DNA of 64,000 nt from the NCBI GenBank assembly GCA_963700985.1, contig OY969554.1:1728001-1792000 (forward strand), in the 5' to 3' direction. Below, piece after piece: positions 59,428 through 64,000 of this stretch; the first letter of the stretch is position 1, and each line of letters begins with the position of its first letter. The stretch is from an uncultured Chlamydiales bacterium. GTDB taxonomy: Bacteria > Chlamydiota > Chlamydiia > Chlamydiales > Rhabdochlamydiaceae. The position numbers were made by a program, and so were the translations under genes. The notes beneath the pieces are model-generated. The model made no database searches. It was given only the letters and a program-made list of their open reading frames with translations, and had not been told where the DNA came from.

Positions 59428-61890
59428 TTAGGGGCTACATGTTCCTGGAGTCGGTGCTGTTCCCGTAGTTTGCGTAGGCGTCGGAACGTTACTTCCGCTT
59501 GAGGTGTCTAGAGTAAAGGTTCCACCTTGATTATTGAGTATGATGGGGGCAGTAGCTGCGTTGTTAGTTAGGGTAAGGCAGGTGACATCGAAGTTTTCCA
59601 CGTCAATGCCAGAACCTGATTCATCAGCAGAGATCGCATTTGCAGAAATGAGGGCATTCAATGGGCCGGTGTCGGTTTCCAAGTAGATGCCGGTTGGGCT
59701 TGTGCCTTGGGCAGAGATTGAGTTGTTCAAGATGCTTAAAGAAGAACCGCTTTCGGAAAAGGCGGCAATGCCATATGGGCCAGATCCGGTTACAGAAACA
59801 GGATTATTAGAGATGATTCCGGTTGTTACGCCACTCATAGAAATGCCAATCGCAGTGGAGCTGGAATTTGAGATAGAGATGGCGTTACCGGTTACTGTAG
59901 CAGAAAGTGGGGAGTTAACAGAGATGCCTGAGCTGCTATTTGGAGCATTTATCGCATTTCCTGTAATGATGGTCGTATCATTTGGAGCACTTGAGGTGAC
60001 AAAGATTCCATTCTGTGAAGAGTCAGGTACATAAATTGTGTTGCCACTTATTTGAGATGTAAGAATGCCTGTTGATGATGTAGTTTGTGCATAGATACCA
60101 GAGCTGTTGCTAAACGCGCTGATGTTATTATTCAATATGCTCGCATTCACGATGTTGCCGGCACCCGCTTGTGCCAGGATGGCTCCATGACCATCTCCTC
60201 CAGATGCGGAGACTGTGTTGTCTGAAATAGTGGCATTGATTAAAGCGGACTCTCCAAGGATCCAAATCGCTCCAGAAAATCCGTCGCTTGTAGCAGAGAT
60301 GTTATTATCGGTAATTGATGCATTAATAGATGAGGTCAGCAGACCATCCAATCCATTGCGTATGAAGATGGTATTGGCAGTGCTAGTGGCGGTATTTCCT
60401 GAAATGGTGGTGTCCAAGGTGTCTGTTAAAATGGTCTGAAGAGCAATAGAGGGTCCTTCAGATGTGATTTGATTATTGGCCATGAGTGTAGTGCCTCTCG
60501 CAATTAACGAAATTCCCGTCGCACCGCTTCCGCTAGCTACGTTAATGCTATTATGTCGAATGGTGCCTCCCTCGGTAGAGAAAGTGCCGGCATTCACATC
60601 ACCACTTGCAATCGCATAATTGACGCTGCCAAAGAGATTGAAGCCTGCAACTTCACAATTGTTGCCTAGTAGAACGATTTGTGAAGCGCCAGCTGTATTT
60701 GTGAGGGAAGGAGAGCTCTTTGATTGTGGATGAACGGTCACATTGCCCACAGTGGTGAGAAAGGAGTTAGAAATTCCAGATCCCAACAACCTCTGATTGT
60801 CTTGAAGCGTAATCCCTTGATTAAGTCCGGTGGTAGTGCCATCTCCAGGATATACATAAATGATGTCATAAGGCTTCGAATTTGTTTCACCTAAAGCAAG
60901 TGTCGGATAGGGGCTTTCAAAGGTGCCATCAGAATGGCTTGTGTTGTCGACAAACACAAAGTAAAGAGGCAGGCCAGTAAGCGCATTTATGGCTAGGAGC
61001 TCTTTCTTTTTATGCCCAACAACGATGATCTCTTGTCTTCCTACGGGCTGAACCATTCTGGAAGTAAGCGCATCGGCCAATTCGCAAGAGCTACGACATC
61101 CTTTTTTCTTAACGTGAGATTTTCCGCCGAAAGGAAGTGTGAGGGTAAGCTGTCCCTGAAATTTGTTATGGAACATGCGATCGTATGAATCGCTTATTTC
61201 AAGCGTCACATACTCTTTGAACTTAGCGTTGAGCCTGGCCTTGCCACCCCAGATGTTACGTCCGATCTCACCGATGTAATAATAAGGGCCTGCTGCCGCA
61301 TAAAAGTCGAATGATCGAGATTTGGCAAAGTGAAAGCCGAGTTCTGCATCTGCACCTTTCATGGCAAATTGATACTTTTGAGAGATGACCATGTGATGGC
61401 CAGAAAACTCATAAAATTTCGTGTTGTAGGGCGATGTGATCTTTTTACCAACAGGTAGATAACCATTAATGCGGAAATCCCAGAGCGTACCGAGAGTTTC
61501 TAATCCCACACCTACTTGGTTGTAGTCGCGCTTTTTCGTGTTTCTATAATCATAATAGGCATTCACTCCATAGGTTCTGCATCCCCAGATTCCGCGTAGC
61601 CCTGTGCCGGCATTAGCTGCCCACTTCCCATTATCGAAGATATGGCCGCGTACATCCAAAAAGGGCATTACAGGCCAAAGGGTGGGATCTGGAGCTAGGA
61701 ATGTTTCAAGGGTTGTATAACCACGATTGTAGCCTATGCCGCCGCCTTCGATATGTCGGGCCGCAACGCGATAGTGTTTTTCACCACTCGGACATGCATC
61801 CGATGAAGACTCAGCAGAGCTATCTGCAAAAGCCACAGAAGTAAAACAGATTAAAGATCCGGCGATTGCTTTTGCTAAGAAGCGTGTCAT
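59428..61890 (-). CDS. Inverse-autotransporter beta-domain protein with beta-helix passenger
   Basis: Paralog of 56717-59218; signal peptide; SGNTI/NNxI repeats. Confidence 0.85.
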   Translation of the reverse strand: MTRFLAKAIAGSLICFTSVAFADSSAESSSDACPSGEKHYRVAARHIEGGGIGYNRGYTTLETFLAPDPTLWPVMPFLDVRGHIFDNGKWAANAGTGLRGIWGCRTYGVNAYYDYRNTKKRDYNQVGVGLETLGTLWDFRINGYLPVGKKITSPYNTKFYEFSGHHMVISQKYQFAMKGADAELGFHFAKSRSFDFYAAAGPYYYIGEIGRNIWGGKARLNAKFKEYVTLEISDSYDRMFHNKFQGQLTLTLPFGGKSHVKKKGCRSSCELADALTSRMVQPVGRQEIIVVGHKKKELLAINALTGLPLYFVFVDNTSHSDGTFESPYPTLALGETNSKPYDIIYVYPGDGTTTGLNQGITLQDNQRLLGSGISNSFLTTVGNVTVHPQSKSSPSLTNTAGASQIVLLGNNCEVAGFNLFGSVNYAIASGDVNAGTFSTEGGTIRHNSINVASGSGATGISLIARGTTLMANNQITSEGPSIALQTILTDTLDTTISGNTATSTANTIFIRNGLDGLLTSSINASITDNNISATSDGFSGAIWILGESALINATISDNTVSASGGDGHGAILAQAGAGNIVNASILNNNISAFSNSSGIYAQTTSSTGILTSQISGNTIYVPDSSQNGIFVTSSAPNDTTIITGNAINAPNSSSGISVNSPLSATVTGNAISISNSSSTAIGISMSGVTTGIISNNPVSVTGSGPYGIAAFSESGSSLSILNNSISAQGTSPTGIYLETDTGPLNALISANAISADESGSGIDVENFDVTCLTLTNNAATAPIILNNQGGTFTLDTSSGSNVPTPTQTTGTAPTPGTCSP

Positions 61891-61987
61891 ATTTACCTTA
61901 AAGTTTTTGTGCGAGTGCGTATTCTTTTTTTGCTTTTTAACAACTTATTCAATTTAGGTCTGTCAAAAAAAACTATTCCGTCGGCAG

Positions 61988-63607
61988 TCAAGTAGGAAAT
62001 TTTTGGCCGAACATGGGAAGACCGCTTTTGGACGATTCACGTGCAGCTTCGTCTTGGATTACATCCCAATGTTCGGTGAGCACGCCGTCAGCTATGCGCA
62101 CAATATCTACGATGATCCAGTTTGCTTTTTGCTCTAGCCCTGAGTAGCGCCCATGGACCATCACGAGATCTCCTTCAGCCACGATCATTCCTGGCTCATA
62201 TTTAAGCGTAGGCGGGCTGTTTTTGATTAGATTGAATAAGCCTTCACGTCCGGGGGCGATGTGAGCGCTATGCTGAATGTAATTAGGCGACCAGAAGCAC
62301 TCGGCGGCTTTGTAGTCACGCTTGTTGAATAGTGTGTCGAATGCTTCGAGCACAAGCGCTTTGTTTTTCTGTTCAGAATGTGAGCCACTGGCAGCACACG
62401 CTTGGGCGGCACAGCGGCAGCTATCGAAATAAAAAGGAGAATCTTGAAGTTGAGGGCAGAATGGATCGGATAATAAACCTTCGCGTTGCTGCTCATAGAA
62501 AGGATAGTCGGTATAGCCTTGGAAATCGAAGGTATAAAAAGTTTTGCGGTCGTAAGCGGTAAGTGGCAATCCTAATTTTATGCGTTTGGGCAAATCGGGA
62601 TTTGAGATGAAATGGCGGCCGAATGCAACTAAATCCGCATCGCCTTTTTCGATAATTTCTTTAGCAGTCTCTGGTTCGAATCCACCTGCAGCAATAATTT
62701 TTCCTTTGAAAATTTTACGCAAACGCGCCGCTGCAACTGGGGCCTGACCCTCTGCGATAAGTACGTTGCCTTTGACACGCGGTTCAACGATGTGCAGGTA
62801 GGCCAGCTCGAATTGATTTAGGTGTTCTGCAATATAATCGAAGTGCTCAGCTGGATTGCTATCAGACATTGAATTCCACGTTCCGCTAGGTCCGATTCGC
62901 ACGCCTACGTGACCTGCTCCCCACACAGAGGTCAAAGCTTCCACGATTTCAAGCAGAAAGCGCGCTCGATTCTCGATCGATCCTCCATACTTATCTGTGC
63001 GTTTATTACTGCCATCTTGAAGGAATTCATCGACGAGATAGCCGTTGGCAGCATGGATCTCGACGCCATCAAAACCAGCAATTTTTGCGCGTTCGGCGGC
63101 TTTGCGGTAGTCTTCGACGATGGCCGAAATCTCGGCAGTCTCAAGCGCCCGATGTGGCGAGGGCTTATCCCAACCCGTGGGTGTAGAGATGCTTGGAGTC
63201 GCCTTCTCCCAGTAATCTGGGACAACTGAGGGAGCCACAGGTTTTGCGCCGTTGGTCATAGAAATATGTGAAGAACGTCCTACATGCCATAGCTGCGAGA
63301 ACATAAGGCCGCCTTTTGCATGCACGGCATTCGTGATATTTTTCCAACCAGCGACCTGCTCGTCGGTATATAGGCCAGGAGCTCCGAACCATCCACGACC
63401 TGATATTGAAATCGAAGTGGCTTCTGAGATGATGAGCCCTCCTTCAGAAACGCGCTGCGTGTAATATTCTTGCATCAGTTTTCCTGGGACATTGCCAGGT
63501 TGTTCTGAGCGAGAACGGGTGAGGGGTGCCATTACGACACGATGTCCCAGTTTCGTAGGTCCGATTTGTACCGGTGTAAATAGCTTTGGAGTTGAAGGTG
63601 TAACCAT
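61988..63607 (-). CDS. Old yellow enzyme (NemA-like alkene reductase) in frame with a SnoaL/NTF2-like domain
   Basis: MAPLTR, QLWHVGR, EIHAANGYL and GYTDYP motifs; then YIQHS, AEGDLV and EHWDVIQ. Confidence 0.85.
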   Translation of the reverse strand: MVTPSTPKLFTPVQIGPTKLGHRVVMAPLTRSRSEQPGNVPGKLMQEYYTQRVSEGGLIISEATSISISGRGWFGAPGLYTDEQVAGWKNITNAVHAKGGLMFSQLWHVGRSSHISMTNGAKPVAPSVVPDYWEKATPSISTPTGWDKPSPHRALETAEISAIVEDYRKAAERAKIAGFDGVEIHAANGYLVDEFLQDGSNKRTDKYGGSIENRARFLLEIVEALTSVWGAGHVGVRIGPSGTWNSMSDSNPAEHFDYIAEHLNQFELAYLHIVEPRVKGNVLIAEGQAPVAAARLRKIFKGKIIAAGGFEPETAKEIIEKGDADLVAFGRHFISNPDLPKRIKLGLPLTAYDRKTFYTFDFQGYTDYPFYEQQREGLLSDPFCPQLQDSPFYFDSCRCAAQACAASGSHSEQKNKALVLEAFDTLFNKRDYKAAECFWSPNYIQHSAHIAPGREGLFNLIKNSPPTLKYEPGMIVAEGDLVMVHGRYSGLEQKANWIIVDIVRIADGVLTEHWDVIQDEAARESSKSGLPMFGQKFPT

Positions 63608-63752
63608 AGCGATCTCCTTTTGGTTTTTTGTGCGCTATGCATGAATTTCTTGCAATAGCTTAAGAGTGCATGGCAGATCGATTTGCCTTTCCAAAAAAAG
63701 CTTCGGATCTTTAAAAGCGGATAAACAACAACTTATCAGAGGGATTTTTTCG

Positions 63753-64000
63753 ATGAGAAAAAACATTTTGCAGAAAATCACACTGAGTTTAGGAACGCTA
63801 GTGGCTCTAGCTGCAAACGGCGAAATAGAGGCAGCTCCTCGAAATTTTAACTGGCTTGCGAATCCCGGCTCTAGTGACTTAAATACTGCTGCAAATTGGA
63901 GTCCAGCTGGTCCTCCAGGAGGGATATCGAGTGATATCGCCCACTTTTCAACCTCGTCAATCTCGTCACCAACTTTAAGTGCAGATATGTCGCTCGGTGC
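63753..64000 (+). CDS. N-terminus of a probable autotransporter/secreted beta-helix protein (truncated by the window)
   Basis: MRKNILQKITLSLGTLVALAANGEIEAA signal peptide, then W...SSDLNTAANWSPAGPP. Confidence 0.65.
   Translation, partial: MRKNILQKITLSLGTLVALAANGEIEAAPRNFNWLANPGSSDLNTAANWSPAGPPGGISSDIAHFSTSSISSPTLSADMSLG

Overview
Chromosomal segment of an environmental chlamydia (phylum Chlamydiota). This is inferred from the chlamydia-type gene orders sctJ-(CT560-like)-sctL-sctR-sctS-sctT, rluB/gpmA-nifS-nifU/birA-rodA and tsp/rpsL-rpsG-fusA-rpsJ, plus tandem MOMP-like porins. Positions 1-45 kb are mostly core genes, including an unusually complete de novo pyrimidine operon (carAB, pyrBI, pyrC, pyrD, pyrE, pyrF) interleaved with two glycosyltransferases and lying directly upstream of the T3SS operon. 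From tRNA-Phe (45159) onward the region is accessory. A 7.3 kb integrase-less island is bounded by an exact 53-bp direct repeat. Correcting its single-base indels gives an AbiE-type toxin-antitoxin pair whose toxin continues into ankyrin repeats, and a ~1058-aa protein with six zinc-ribbon repeats fused to an SF2 helicase, a candidate undescribed defence or host-interaction locus. Further right are a CVNH-like/vWA protein, a second TA islet between 317-bp direct repeats, two tandem inverse autotransporters, an OYE-SnoaL fusion and the start of an autotransporter. All calls come from manual reading of the sequence; no database searches were run.
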